Source: Candidatus Woesearchaeota archaeon (GTDB taxonomy: Archaea > Nanobdellota > Nanobdellia > Pacearchaeales > GW2011-AR1). Taken from it: a stretch of 64,000 nucleotides of DNA. Made by a program: the position numbers and the translations under genes. Under the pieces are notes generated by a model. The model ran no database searches. It was not told where the DNA came from and was given only the letters and a program-made list of their open reading frames with translations. Numbering within the stretch: the first letter of the stretch is position 1; each line of letters opens with the position of its first letter. The DNA lies in NCBI GenBank assembly GCA_964466575.1, contig CAYXNP010000003.1, positions 21,543-85,542 on the forward strand, written 5' to 3'. Positions 9,205 through 18,066 of the stretch are shown one piece after another.

Positions 9205-10013
9205 TATCTTTCTTTATATCTTCCTCTCGATTCTACTTTTCTTAGTTGTTCGAGAACCTTTGGATTTTTATATCCTTTAATAAATTCCTTAAACAAAATT
9301 TCCCAATGTTCGAAATGTTTTGCTTCTAAAGCTTGTTTTAGTAAATGCAAATCAACTGCTTTGTCTTCGAGTTTGTGAGAATGGAATCCGAGGCCGAAAT
9401 CTATGAAAAATATTTTGAAACTTTGGCTCGCTGTCGCTCGCTTATTTGGAATTGTTAATGCCGAAGAATTTTTTATGTAGTGTGATACTTCTGAAGGTGG
9501 TGTTGTGATTGATTGAGGATTATCAACCAAAATCATATTGCTTGTTGTCAAGTCGCCGTGGATAATATTTTCATTGTGGAGTTTAGATATTTCTTTTCCA
9601 AGTTCATTGCATATTTTGATTTGATCTTCTAAAGAAAATTCGTTTAAGTGAGTTGATAGTTTTTTGCCGTCGATGAATTCCAATTTTATTTTAGAATTTT
9701 CAACTTTAATGACTTTTGGAGAATGAATAATTTTGTTTACTTTTTCCAAGAGTTTTGCTTCTGACTTTGTCCGGCGTTTTCTTATTCTTTCGTCGAGGAT
9801 TTGGAGGCGATAGGATTTTGGAATACGGTTTTTTATTATGAATTTGCTCGCTTCGCTCGGAATTGATGGCTCCAAATCGGGCTCCGCCACGATTTTTCGC
9901 TGAGAAGATTTTGAAGCCAAAGATTTTTTAGAGCGGGGCGAGACTTTTTTTTGAGATTGAACTAAAAATATTTTTGCTTCTGCTCCTTGTTGAATTAGTT
10001 TTTGGGCTGACAT
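9201..10013 (-). CDS. bud32: Bud32/KEOPS-type Ser/Thr kinase with two in-frame repeat-derived insertions
   Basis: QQGAEAKIF, IIHGDLTTSNMIL, FIDFGLG, VDLHLLKQALEAKH and VESRGRY. The start is set at MSAQKL (ATG 10013), directly after the stop of the upstream toxin gene. Confidence 0.8.
   Translation of the reverse strand: MSAQKLIQQGAEAKIFLVQSQKKVSPRSKKSLASKSSQRKIVAEPDLEPSIPSEASKFIIKNRIPKSYRLQILDERIRKRRTKSEAKLLEKVNKIIHSPKVIKVENSKIKLEFIDGKKLSTHLNEFSLEDQIKICNELGKEISKLHNENIIHGDLTTSNMILVDNPQSITTPPSEVSHYIKNSSALTIPNKRATASQSFKIFFIDFGLGFHSHKLEDKAVDLHLLKQALEAKHFEHWEILFKEFIKGYKNPKVLEQLRKVESRGRYKERY
9417..9520. repeat. repeat-derived in-frame insertion 2 in bud32 (between NMILVD and KIFFIDFG)
   Basis: About 35 extra codons at a position where Bud32 homologues run continuously. 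It contains the GCTCGCTGTCGCTCGC module. Confidence 0.55.
9843..9956. repeat. family F repeat lying in-frame in bud32 (insertion 1, between the glycine loop and IIKNRIPKSYR)
   Basis: TTTGCTCGCTTCGCTCGGAATTGATGGCTCC..GATTTTTCGCTGAGAAGA aligns with intergenic 4775-4850. Confidence 0.65.
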
Positions 10014-10014
10014 T

Positions 10015-10350
10015 TTAGAAAAATAAATATTTGAGTTTTCTTTCATAATCTTTATGTTTAAACCATTGCAATATTGCCGAGATTAATTCAACTTCATTTT
10101 CGACAGTTATTGTATAAAGAAGCCTCCATCCCTTGGGCAAATCATATTTCCAAAGATTTTTTACATCATATTTTATTATATATTCTCTTGGAATTAATCT
10201 TTTTGGGATTTGGATTCCGAAGAAAGCATTATTTTGTAAATCTTTGATGGCCCTTTTAATTGATTTTTTTATTGGATCGTTATCATCTAATGAATTAAAA
10301 CTTTTTTCTAAATTATCTGAGATAAATTTTACTTTTGAAGGTTTTATCAT
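10015..10350 (-). CDS. RelE/YoeB-like toxin (putative)
   Basis: ..NLWKYDLPKGWRLLYTI...ISAILQWFKHKDYERK pattern typical of RelE/ParE-fold toxins. It overlaps the upstream small ORF by 4 nt. Confidence 0.5.
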   Translation of the reverse strand: MIKPSKVKFISDNLEKSFNSLDDNDPIKKSIKRAIKDLQNNAFFGIQIPKRLIPREYIIKYDVKNLWKYDLPKGWRLLYTITVENEVELISAILQWFKHKDYERKLKYLFF

Positions 10351-10625
10351 AATTTAATCTCCTTTCTTTTTGAAAGTATTTTAGCGAGCTTTGGATTCCA
10401 AATATATCCCAATGTGCCGTTTCTGTCAAAAGCAATTTTATTAATATTTTCTAAATAATCTAGGACAATTAAGTAAGTTTGCCACATCACTTTTTTTGGA
10501 AGTTTTTTCCAGAGTTGTGTTCGATTGAATTCACCAGAATATTCTTCGATAGTTTTTTCTATCATTAATACAGTATCTAGCGTCGGACTTCTAATAAAAG
10601 GATTTTTTGATTGTTGTTTTAACAT
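10347..10625 (-). CDS. putative cognate antitoxin / small DNA-binding protein
   Basis: Called on position only: it overlaps the toxin start. No clear motif. Confidence 0.35.
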   Translation of the reverse strand: MLKQQSKNPFIRSPTLDTVLMIEKTIEEYSGEFNRTQLWKKLPKKVMWQTYLIVLDYLENINKIAFDRNGTLGYIWNPKLAKILSKRKEIKL

Positions 10626-10700
10626 AATTTATAGTATATCAATTGATATATAAATGTTTGGGTCTTGCTTCTGCTCCTTGTTGAATGAGTTTTTGATTTT

Positions 10701-11117
10701 TCATTTTTTATCTCTCCAAATAATAATTAAAGCTAAAGCCAAAATAAGTGATATATCTGAGACTAAACAGTATTTACACCAAGCGTTTAAGACGAACGCC
10801 TGAAGGTAAATGAACCATAAAGAAATAAGTGAACCAGTAATTATTCCGAGGTTTATTATTCTTTTTTTAATTAAGGCTGGATTTTTAATTTGCAGCCATG
10901 TCAGCCCTATTAAAAATGTGAAAATGGCAACGCCATAATGGGAATTTTTAATTCCAAAAGTATATGCATAGTGGGAGTTTTGAACAACATCGCATCCTTT
11001 TCCTGGATCGCAAATTATTGAGGTTGGTGTTAGTGAAATAATTAAAGATGAAATAAATGAAATTCCAAAGAGAAATATTAGGATATAGTATTTGTTAATT
11101 TTAATTTGTTTTGACAT
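10701..11117 (-). CDS. VKOR-family membrane thiol oxidoreductase (putative)
   Basis: Multi-TM protein with loop cysteines CDPGKGCDVVQNSHYAYTFGI and a CKYC motif in a TM helix. Confidence 0.6.
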   Translation of the reverse strand: MSKQIKINKYYILIFLFGISFISSLIISLTPTSIICDPGKGCDVVQNSHYAYTFGIKNSHYGVAIFTFLIGLTWLQIKNPALIKKRIINLGIITGSLISLWFIYLQAFVLNAWCKYCLVSDISLILALALIIIWRDKK

Positions 11118-11124
11118 TTTAGAA

Positions 11125-12516
11125 TTAAATTTTAAACTTTTTTCCTTTACTGAACTTTCTAGCTAGTTTCATCATTTGTTTTTGGTTCATCATACCTGAT
11201 TCTGCGTCGATTGATGCTCCGCTTGAAACCATTTCCTTTAGAAGTTTGTATTGTTTTAATAGTGAACGAATGTCTGAATTGTTGACGCCTGCACCCTGAG
11301 CAACTCTTGTGATTCTTGATGTTCCTGTTTTTTTGTCGTCGAATATTTCAGGGTTTGCTTTTTCTTCAGGCGTCATTGATTTTACTATATGCTCCCATTT
11401 TTTAATTTTAGATTCTTGAGATTCTAGCGCATTTTCGGGAATTTTCGTATTTCCTAATCCGGGAATCATAGACTTTATTTTATCTAAGCCGCCGAGAGAA
11501 CCCATTGTTTTGACTTGTTCGATGACGTCTTCTAAATTTAGTTTGCCTTCTTCTAATCTTTTTTGCATTTCTGCTTGTTTGGTTGAGTCTGAAGTTGCTG
11601 ATTGAACTTTTTCAAGCAAGCTTTGCAAATCGCCCATTCCTAAAAGTCTTGATAAAAAAGAATCCGGGTTAAATGGTTCTAAGTCATTTATTTTTTCTCC
11701 TGTTGTAATAAAATAAACTGGAGCAGATGTTTGTGCGCAGGCAGTTAATGCACCGCCCGCCTTTGCTGTTGAATCCATTCTTGTTATGATGACTCCTGAA
11801 ATGTTAACTGTTTCGTGAAATTCTTCTGCTTGCTGTTTTGCAGCTTGGCCAATGTCTGCCGGCATAATTAGGATTTTTTCTGTTGGATTTATTTGGCGAT
11901 TTAAAGCAGATAATTCTGTTACGAGTTCTTTGTCTAAATTGTGTCGTCCTGCTGTATCGATTAAAATTACGTCGTAATCTTTTAGCTCTTTTTCAAAGCC
12001 TTTCCAAATTTTAATAGGGTCTTTTTCTTTTATATTAATGTAGTAATTTAATTTATTTTTTTCAGCAAGTTGTTTTAATTGTTCTGATGCTGCAGGACGG
12101 TGAACATCCAATCCTACTAATGCGACTTTGTTCCCTCTTTTAGAAAAGTAATTTCCTAATTTAGCAATTGTTGTTGTTTTTCCTGCTCCATATAGGCCAA
12201 GCAAGAGGATTCTATTCTGAGAAGATGTTTGCAGTTGTAATGGTTTTTTTTCTCCGAGGAGGTTTAATAATTCATCATGCAAGACTTTGATAAGATGTTC
12301 TTTTTTTTCTATTCCTTTTATTCTTTCGTCGTAGGCTACTTTTTTTAGTTTGTCGCTTATTTGCTTTACTAATTGGATATTTACATCTGCTTCGATTAAT
12401 GCGCGCTGCAAATCTTTTACGATTGAATCAACGAGATTTTTGTCTAAGAATATGGCGTTCGCTATTTTATCAGTTGCTTTTTTTAATACAGCGCCTAGTT
12501 TTTCTAACATCTTCAT
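11125..12516 (-). CDS. srp54: signal recognition particle protein SRP54
   Basis: GLYGAGKTTT, DTAGR, and a Met-rich C-terminal M domain. Confidence 0.95.
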   Translation of the reverse strand: MKMLEKLGAVLKKATDKIANAIFLDKNLVDSIVKDLQRALIEADVNIQLVKQISDKLKKVAYDERIKGIEKKEHLIKVLHDELLNLLGEKKPLQLQTSSQNRILLLGLYGAGKTTTIAKLGNYFSKRGNKVALVGLDVHRPAASEQLKQLAEKNKLNYYINIKEKDPIKIWKGFEKELKDYDVILIDTAGRHNLDKELVTELSALNRQINPTEKILIMPADIGQAAKQQAEEFHETVNISGVIITRMDSTAKAGGALTACAQTSAPVYFITTGEKINDLEPFNPDSFLSRLLGMGDLQSLLEKVQSATSDSTKQAEMQKRLEEGKLNLEDVIEQVKTMGSLGGLDKIKSMIPGLGNTKIPENALESQESKIKKWEHIVKSMTPEEKANPEIFDDKKTGTSRITRVAQGAGVNNSDIRSLLKQYKLLKEMVSSGASIDAESGMMNQKQMMKLARKFSKGKKFKI

Positions 12517-12622
12517 ACCTGAATTTTTGTATGTTTTGAAGTAAACTTCAAAAGCATCGAAATTTGCTGAATCAAAGATTCAGTTATTATGGGAAGGAAA
12601 GAGAGAGTTATTAAAGTTTTGG

Positions 12623-12872
12623 TGTGAATCAGTATCTCCAAACAGAGAAAAAATAGTTCTATAAATTAATCCTCCAAAGAATACCAATAGAATAAAATTC
12701 ACTCCTCTACTCGCGCCCACGTTTTGTTATTAATATTAAAAATTGTCAAAACATAAACGCTCGCTTAACGCTCGTCGAATTTATATTAATTATTAACAAA
12801 AATCTGCGAATGTAATGAGCAGCAAATTTCTTCCCTTGGAATGACAAAGACTCATCGGAGATACTCGTGAAT
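12623..12872. repeat. repeat block containing family B copy (12710-12763), with short inverted termini AGTATCTCC/GGAGATACT
   Basis: The B core is nearly identical to 4921-4974. 9-bp inverted termini sit at 12631-12639 and 12857-12865. Confidence 0.5.
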
Positions 12873-12908
12873 ATAAATTTATTTAAACAGCTTTTTTTAA
12901 GTTAATGT

Positions 12909-13649
12909 ATGAAATCTGATAAAACTTATGTTGTTTCTAAGGGTTCAAAAAGGGAATTATTGCTACAGGGTGTTGATGAGCATAGTAGGCCTGTTGCTGA
13001 ACCATATCCTTATGTTTATCGTTTTGGAGATGTTGGCATAATTCATTCTTTGTTTGACGAATATTTTAAAGAGTTAATTGAAAAGGGTAAACAGACAAGA
13101 TTACAAATTCGTGAACAATTTGAAGGACTTGGAATTCCATTTGAAAATGAATCTGGTAAAGAAACAATAACAATATGGGATAAAGAAATTATTGCTCCCC
13201 CTGTTAATAGAACTCTTTGTTATCATTGTGATGGCGACGATGTTTTGGTTTTAATGACCCATGGGGATTATGGTCATTTTTTTAGAAGAGAAAAAGTTGA
13301 TTCTTCTTGTGTTTTTGTTCCATTGCATGAGGATGAATTTGAGAGAGTTGATGGAAGTGATTTACCTGCTGTAAAAAAAGAAGTTAGAGAGTTATATAAA
13401 AGTAGAGGTGAACTATTTTATCATGATTTGGAAAAAAGAGTTAGTTTTCAATTTAGAAAACTTCACGAGTTTAATCTTTTTGGAAATCTTTCAAGAATTC
13501 CATTAGAAGTTGCAACAAGAGTTTTTTCAAAAGAACAAATTCAAGGACAAACCCAGTTCCATAGAAAACTTGAGGAATATGCTAGAATTCGCAGACAATC
13601 TTTGGCAAATGCACAGTTTCAGTCTCGTAGAAGTTACACTGCTGTTTAG
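12909..13649 (+). CDS. hypothetical protein
   Basis: Long ORF with no recognised domain. Confidence 0.5.
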   Translation: MKSDKTYVVSKGSKRELLLQGVDEHSRPVAEPYPYVYRFGDVGIIHSLFDEYFKELIEKGKQTRLQIREQFEGLGIPFENESGKETITIWDKEIIAPPVNRTLCYHCDGDDVLVLMTHGDYGHFFRREKVDSSCVFVPLHEDEFERVDGSDLPAVKKEVRELYKSRGELFYHDLEKRVSFQFRKLHEFNLFGNLSRIPLEVATRVFSKEQIQGQTQFHRKLEEYARIRRQSLANAQFQSRRSYTAV

Positions 13650-13662
13650 TGTTAAATTTTGG

Positions 13663-14028
13663 TTAGAACTTAATTTTATTCCTTATTATTTTGTATTGAG
13701 AAATTGCTATTCCGGAAATTCCTATTAAAAATCCGAGTAATAAACCAAATAGGTTGTGATTGTTTGTTACGATTCTTTGAATTGAAATTATTGTTAAAAT
13801 TGCTATTGATAAAATGAAATAAGGAATTTTCCATGATTTGTTTTGGTCTATGAAAAACCATACTATGTAAAGGAGAAAAATTGTCCAAGCAATGTGGGAT
13901 GAAGCGTCGAATAGAATATCTTTTCCAAAAATGAACATTGGAAGGTATTTGAAAATAATTAATCCAATCGCGATTACAATTCCTGCGACGAGGATTTTTT
14001 TAATTTGTTCAACCTCTTTTTTTTGCAT
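13663..14028 (-). CDS. small integral membrane protein
   Basis: Four predicted hydrophobic helices. Confidence 0.5.
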   Translation of the reverse strand: MQKKEVEQIKKILVAGIVIAIGLIIFKYLPMFIFGKDILFDASSHIAWTIFLLYIVWFFIDQNKSWKIPYFILSIAILTIISIQRIVTNNHNLFGLLLGFLIGISGIAISQYKIIRNKIKF

Positions 14029-14133
14029 TTTTGAAATAAATGATTTAAGTTAATAAAGTTTTGGTGGGGGAAGATTTATAGGCACAAATTTTAAAACGAA
14101 ATGTTTAAAAGAATAAATAAAGAACCTTAGCAT

Positions 14134-15159
14134 ATGCCACCTAAGTTAAAAATTGATAGTATAGAATTCGAAGATAATTCACAAAGTTATTTTGTAGATA
14201 GTCCTGACTCTCCATTCTTAGTTTTTGATGGTTCGCTTCAACATGAACAACCTGAAAACTATGATTTGTATACAGATGTTTCCGGAATTAATACACTTGT
14301 TGTTAAAGTAGGTACAAGCATAATAACTCATGATGACTCTAGAAGAACAATATATAATATGAATTGTATTTCAGAAGATTTAACTAGATTAAGAGAAGAA
14401 AGAGGTTTGAATATTCTTTTAGTTACGTCTGGTGCAATTGGGCTGGGAAGAAAAGCGAGATTAAGAAAAGGTGAAAGAATACCTGAAAAAGAAAAAGACA
14501 CGCCCCAACAAAAAAGATTAGACGCTATAGAAGGTCAGTTTTTACTTTATGAGTTATGGAGCCATCATTTTTATCCGCAACAAGTAAGAGAATCTCTTGT
14601 AACACACGATGATATTAAAAGCCCTCAAAAAAACGCAAAATTATTATTAAAATATAAGAAGTGGTTATCCGAAGGTAAAATTCCAATAATAAATGAACAT
14701 GATGTTAAAAGTTTGGAAGAGATAGATATTTTATTGAAAGGAGAGCGAACATTCAGAGATAACGATGGTTTAGCAAGTTTACATGCGCAATTTCTAAAAA
14801 GAGCAGGTTATAATCCTCTTTTACTTCTTTTATCCAACAGCGATGGAATTTATACCGCAGAGTCTTTTAGAAATGGTAATTATGTACCCATAAGAATTGT
14901 TAAGAATTCAGATGGATTAGAAGAACATGCATTGCCTGTAATTTCAGCACGAGGTCGAGGCGGTTTAATTTCAAAAATTGAAGCTGCAAAAGATGCGACA
15001 TCAGAAGGAATTTATACAGTGATAGCAAACGGACAATATTGCAATCACGATTCATCTTATCAAAAAAGAAAGTTAAATTCACGAAGAAGATATAATGTAT
15101 TAGATTCTGTGCTGGATGGAAAAGTTGCTGGAACTAGATTTCTTCCATCAAAGAATTAG
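14134..15159 (+). CDS. glutamate 5-kinase-like amino-acid kinase (no PUA domain, ~55-aa N-terminal extension)
   Basis: LVVKVGTSIIT, LLVTSGAIGLGR, FRDNDGLASL and RGRGGLISKIEAAKDA are collinear with ProB motifs. Confidence 0.6.
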   Translation: MPPKLKIDSIEFEDNSQSYFVDSPDSPFLVFDGSLQHEQPENYDLYTDVSGINTLVVKVGTSIITHDDSRRTIYNMNCISEDLTRLREERGLNILLVTSGAIGLGRKARLRKGERIPEKEKDTPQQKRLDAIEGQFLLYELWSHHFYPQQVRESLVTHDDIKSPQKNAKLLLKYKKWLSEGKIPIINEHDVKSLEEIDILLKGERTFRDNDGLASLHAQFLKRAGYNPLLLLLSNSDGIYTAESFRNGNYVPIRIVKNSDGLEEHALPVISARGRGGLISKIEAAKDATSEGIYTVIANGQYCNHDSSYQKRKLNSRRRYNVLDSVLDGKVAGTRFLPSKN

Positions 15160-15192
15160 GGGAGTAAATAAACTTGTTTATATCTTTTTTAA

Positions 15193-16374
15193 TTATAACC
15201 CCAACCTTTCAATAAATTTTTCTTTATCGAAAACTTCAATGCTTCCATAATCCTGTCCGGTGCCGAGAAAGAGAATTGGTTTTTTTGTAACATAGCCGAC
15301 GCTTAAAGCTGTGCCGCCTTTTTCATCTATGTCTGATTTTGTGAGTATTATGCCGTCGATGCTAATTGAGTAATTGAATGTTTTTGCCTGCTCAATTGCG
15401 TCATTGCCTGTTATTGATTCGCCGACAAATATTTTTAAATCTGGTTTTGAAACTTTTGCCACTTTTTCAATTTCTTTCATCAGGTTTTTTTCAGTGTACA
15501 TTCTTCCTGCTGTGTCAATTAAAACTGCGTCGAGTTTGTGTTTTTTTGCGTATAAAACAGCGTCGAACGCGACTGACGCCGGATCGTGCCCGTATTCATG
15601 CGCAATGACGTGAATGTTTAATTTTTCTCCGTGATGTTTTAATTGTTCAATTGATGCAGCTCTAAAGGTGTCTGCCGCTGCAAGAACAGATGAGATGCCT
15701 TGTTTTTTCAGCAGTTCAGCTATTTTAGCAATAGAAGTTGTTTTTCCAGTGCCATTTACTCCGCAAAATAATATTATGAAAGGTTTTTCTTTTTTTGATT
15801 TGATTTGTTCAGGAACATCTATGGGGTCTATGAGGATTTCTCTTATGATTTCCTTGAGAGCATCTTGAATTTCAAATTCTACTTCTTTACGCAAGAGTTC
15901 TTTGCCAACAATTTTTTCTTTTAATTTTTTTATGATTTTTTCAGCGACTTCTAATGCAACATTATTTTCTAAAAGCAATTCTTCTAATTCTTCTGCATAA
16001 ACATTGAATGTGTTTTCATCAATTTTTATTTTCGCAAAAGTTATCTTTTCTTTGACTCTTTGGAAAATTCCCTTTGTTTCTTCTGGTTCTTCTGCTTTGA
16101 CAATAATTTTTTTTGGCGGTTCTTCTAAGTGCCCTCCCAAATCGCGTCCCACCCTAATGGTTTTACTATCCTCCTTTTCTTTCTTTTTCTCGAGGATTTC
16201 TTTTTTTGTTTCTACTTCTTTTTGTAATTTTTCGAGCCCTTTTTCTTTTTCTTTTACTTCATGAGAAATTGGCTCAATGTGAGAATCTTCTTTCTTTTCT
16301 TCAGCTTCGGCTATTTCTTTCTTTACGAGGTTTTGAGTCCAAGATTTTAACTTTTCTTTTAATTTTGAGAACAT
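15193..16374 (-). CDS. ftsY: SRP receptor FtsY
   Basis: CGVNGTGKTTS, DTAGR and TKSDIDEKGG, with a charged N-terminal A-domain. Confidence 0.95.
   Translation of the reverse strand: MFSKLKEKLKSWTQNLVKKEIAEAEEKKEDSHIEPISHEVKEKEKGLEKLQKEVETKKEILEKKKEKEDSKTIRVGRDLGGHLEEPPKKIIVKAEEPEETKGIFQRVKEKITFAKIKIDENTFNVYAEELEELLLENNVALEVAEKIIKKLKEKIVGKELLRKEVEFEIQDALKEIIREILIDPIDVPEQIKSKKEKPFIILFCGVNGTGKTTSIAKIAELLKKQGISSVLAAADTFRAASIEQLKHHGEKLNIHVIAHEYGHDPASVAFDAVLYAKKHKLDAVLIDTAGRMYTEKNLMKEIEKVAKVSKPDLKIFVGESITGNDAIEQAKTFNYSISIDGIILTKSDIDEKGGTALSVGYVTKKPILFLGTGQDYGSIEVFDKEKFIERLGL
16124..16160. repeat. C-tract repeat core (TCTAAGTGCCCTCCC..CGTCCCACCCTAATGG) inside the ftsY A-domain
   Basis: It matches the cores at 27042-27091, 22186-22215 and 54825-54855, and encodes ..IRVGRDLGGHLE.. 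on the minus strand. Confidence 0.55.
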
Positions 16375-16475
16375 GAAAATTTAAAAGAATAAGGATATAT
16401 AAGTTTATTTATGAAGGCTTCAATCTATTTAGAAGTCTTGAAAGGGTTTATAAATATTAAAATTGTTATTAATCT

Positions 16476-18056
16476 ATGGAAATTAAATCTGACAAATCAG
16501 GGAGAATAAGTTTAGTGACGACTTTAATCGCCTTGGGAATTGTTGTTTTAATGACTGCAAGTATTTTTGCTGAAAGTAAAATTGCTGAAAGAAATAGCGA
16601 TGATGCAGAAACATCTGTTGATAATGTAGTAGATGAAAGTGTTGAAAGAACTTTAACATTGGAACTTGGAGAAACTGAAGATGTTGGAGATTTAGTTTTG
16701 AGATTAGATGAAATTTCTTTATTGAAGAGCGATCCTCCTGTTCGACAAGCGACAATAAGTTATGGTTTGAAACCAGAAGGTGTTGAGAAACCTATTGAAA
16801 CTGTTAAAGTTTTGGAAGGTGAAAAAAGACTTCTTGGAGTAAGAGGATATTTATTTAGTGTTAAGAAAATCTCTGATAAAGAAGTTATTTTATTGGTTGT
16901 TAAAAAGTCAACTGAAGTAATCCCTCCTTCAAACCCAGATGCTGTTCGAGTTTATTTGAATCCTATAAGACAAGTTTCTGATACTGGAAAAGCAAGTTAT
17001 GAAGTTACTGTGAAGGATTTTCATAAAACATGTGTTCCTACAGATAATTCTGTTTGTCCTGCTTTTAATCCAAGATATGAATATAAACTTGAATTTCAAT
17101 CTAGAGCAGGTATTGAAGGAACATTCGAAACAGATACAATTGTTTTAGGTCCAGGAGAAAAGAAATCTGTAAAGTTAGTTGTAGAAGCTGATAGAAAAGG
17201 TAGCCACACTTTTGTTGTTATTGTTGGAAGCAAAGAAGAGCATATTGATGATGCAGTAAAAGGTGTTTTGGTTTATGGAGGTTATATTGACCCAGAACCA
17301 GCAGCTTATTTTATTGGAGATGGTTTTGCTGTTAATAATGATGGAATTCATGGCAAGCTTGTAAAGTTAAGAATTTTGAACCAAAAAGAAGGTCTTAAGG
17401 GAACAATGCATTTTGGAAATAAACCTTATCGTATTGAAGGAGCTCTTTCAGATACAGAATCTTCAGTTATTGAAGGAACTGCTACAGTAAGGGGAATTGA
17501 ATTTACAATATATAGTAAGAATTCTGATGAAAAGGTTGGAAGTTTTACTGGCAATGTGGAAAAGTTTGATAATTTTCTTTTATTGGAAGGTGATTTGACA
17601 ATGGTAGATATTTGTGACAAGACTGACTATTATTGTACTGATGTTGTGGCTTCAAATAAATGGACGTTGACTGCTATTGCAAAGAGAAAGGATTTTATTA
17701 GTGTAGTTGAAGTTGGTTCAGAAGGAGAAAAGTCAGAATCTATTGCTATTGACGAGACTGTTACTGTAACAAAAGAATCTTCTAGTGAATCTTTGTCTGG
17801 AGAAGATACTGAATCTGCTTTGGAAAAATCAAAAGATGATTTGTATATAAGGCCAATAAAAGTTAAGAAAGAAAAGTTTCTTTGGATATTTCCCTCTGGA
17901 AAGAAAGTAGTTGAAGTTGAAATTATTAAAGGCGACAAAGTAATTAAGAAAATTATTAAAGAAGAATCTACTAAACGTATTGAAGGATATGATGTTAGTG
18001 TTGGCTCTTTAGATAATGAAGAAAGCATTGAACTTACAGTTGAAAAAGCTAATTAA
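16476..18056 (+). CDS. secreted/membrane-anchored hypothetical protein
   Basis: N-terminal hydrophobic anchor (ISLVTTLIALGIVVLMTASIFA); the rest looks beta-rich and extracellular. Confidence 0.55.
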   Translation: MEIKSDKSGRISLVTTLIALGIVVLMTASIFAESKIAERNSDDAETSVDNVVDESVERTLTLELGETEDVGDLVLRLDEISLLKSDPPVRQATISYGLKPEGVEKPIETVKVLEGEKRLLGVRGYLFSVKKISDKEVILLVVKKSTEVIPPSNPDAVRVYLNPIRQVSDTGKASYEVTVKDFHKTCVPTDNSVCPAFNPRYEYKLEFQSRAGIEGTFETDTIVLGPGEKKSVKLVVEADRKGSHTFVVIVGSKEEHIDDAVKGVLVYGGYIDPEPAAYFIGDGFAVNNDGIHGKLVKLRILNQKEGLKGTMHFGNKPYRIEGALSDTESSVIEGTATVRGIEFTIYSKNSDEKVGSFTGNVEKFDNFLLLEGDLTMVDICDKTDYYCTDVVASNKWTLTAIAKRKDFISVVEVGSEGEKSESIAIDETVTVTKESSSESLSGEDTESALEKSKDDLYIRPIKVKKEKFLWIFPSGKKVVEVEIIKGDKVIKKIIKEESTKRIEGYDVSVGSLDNEESIELTVEKAN

Positions 18057-18066
18057 TTTTTATTTT

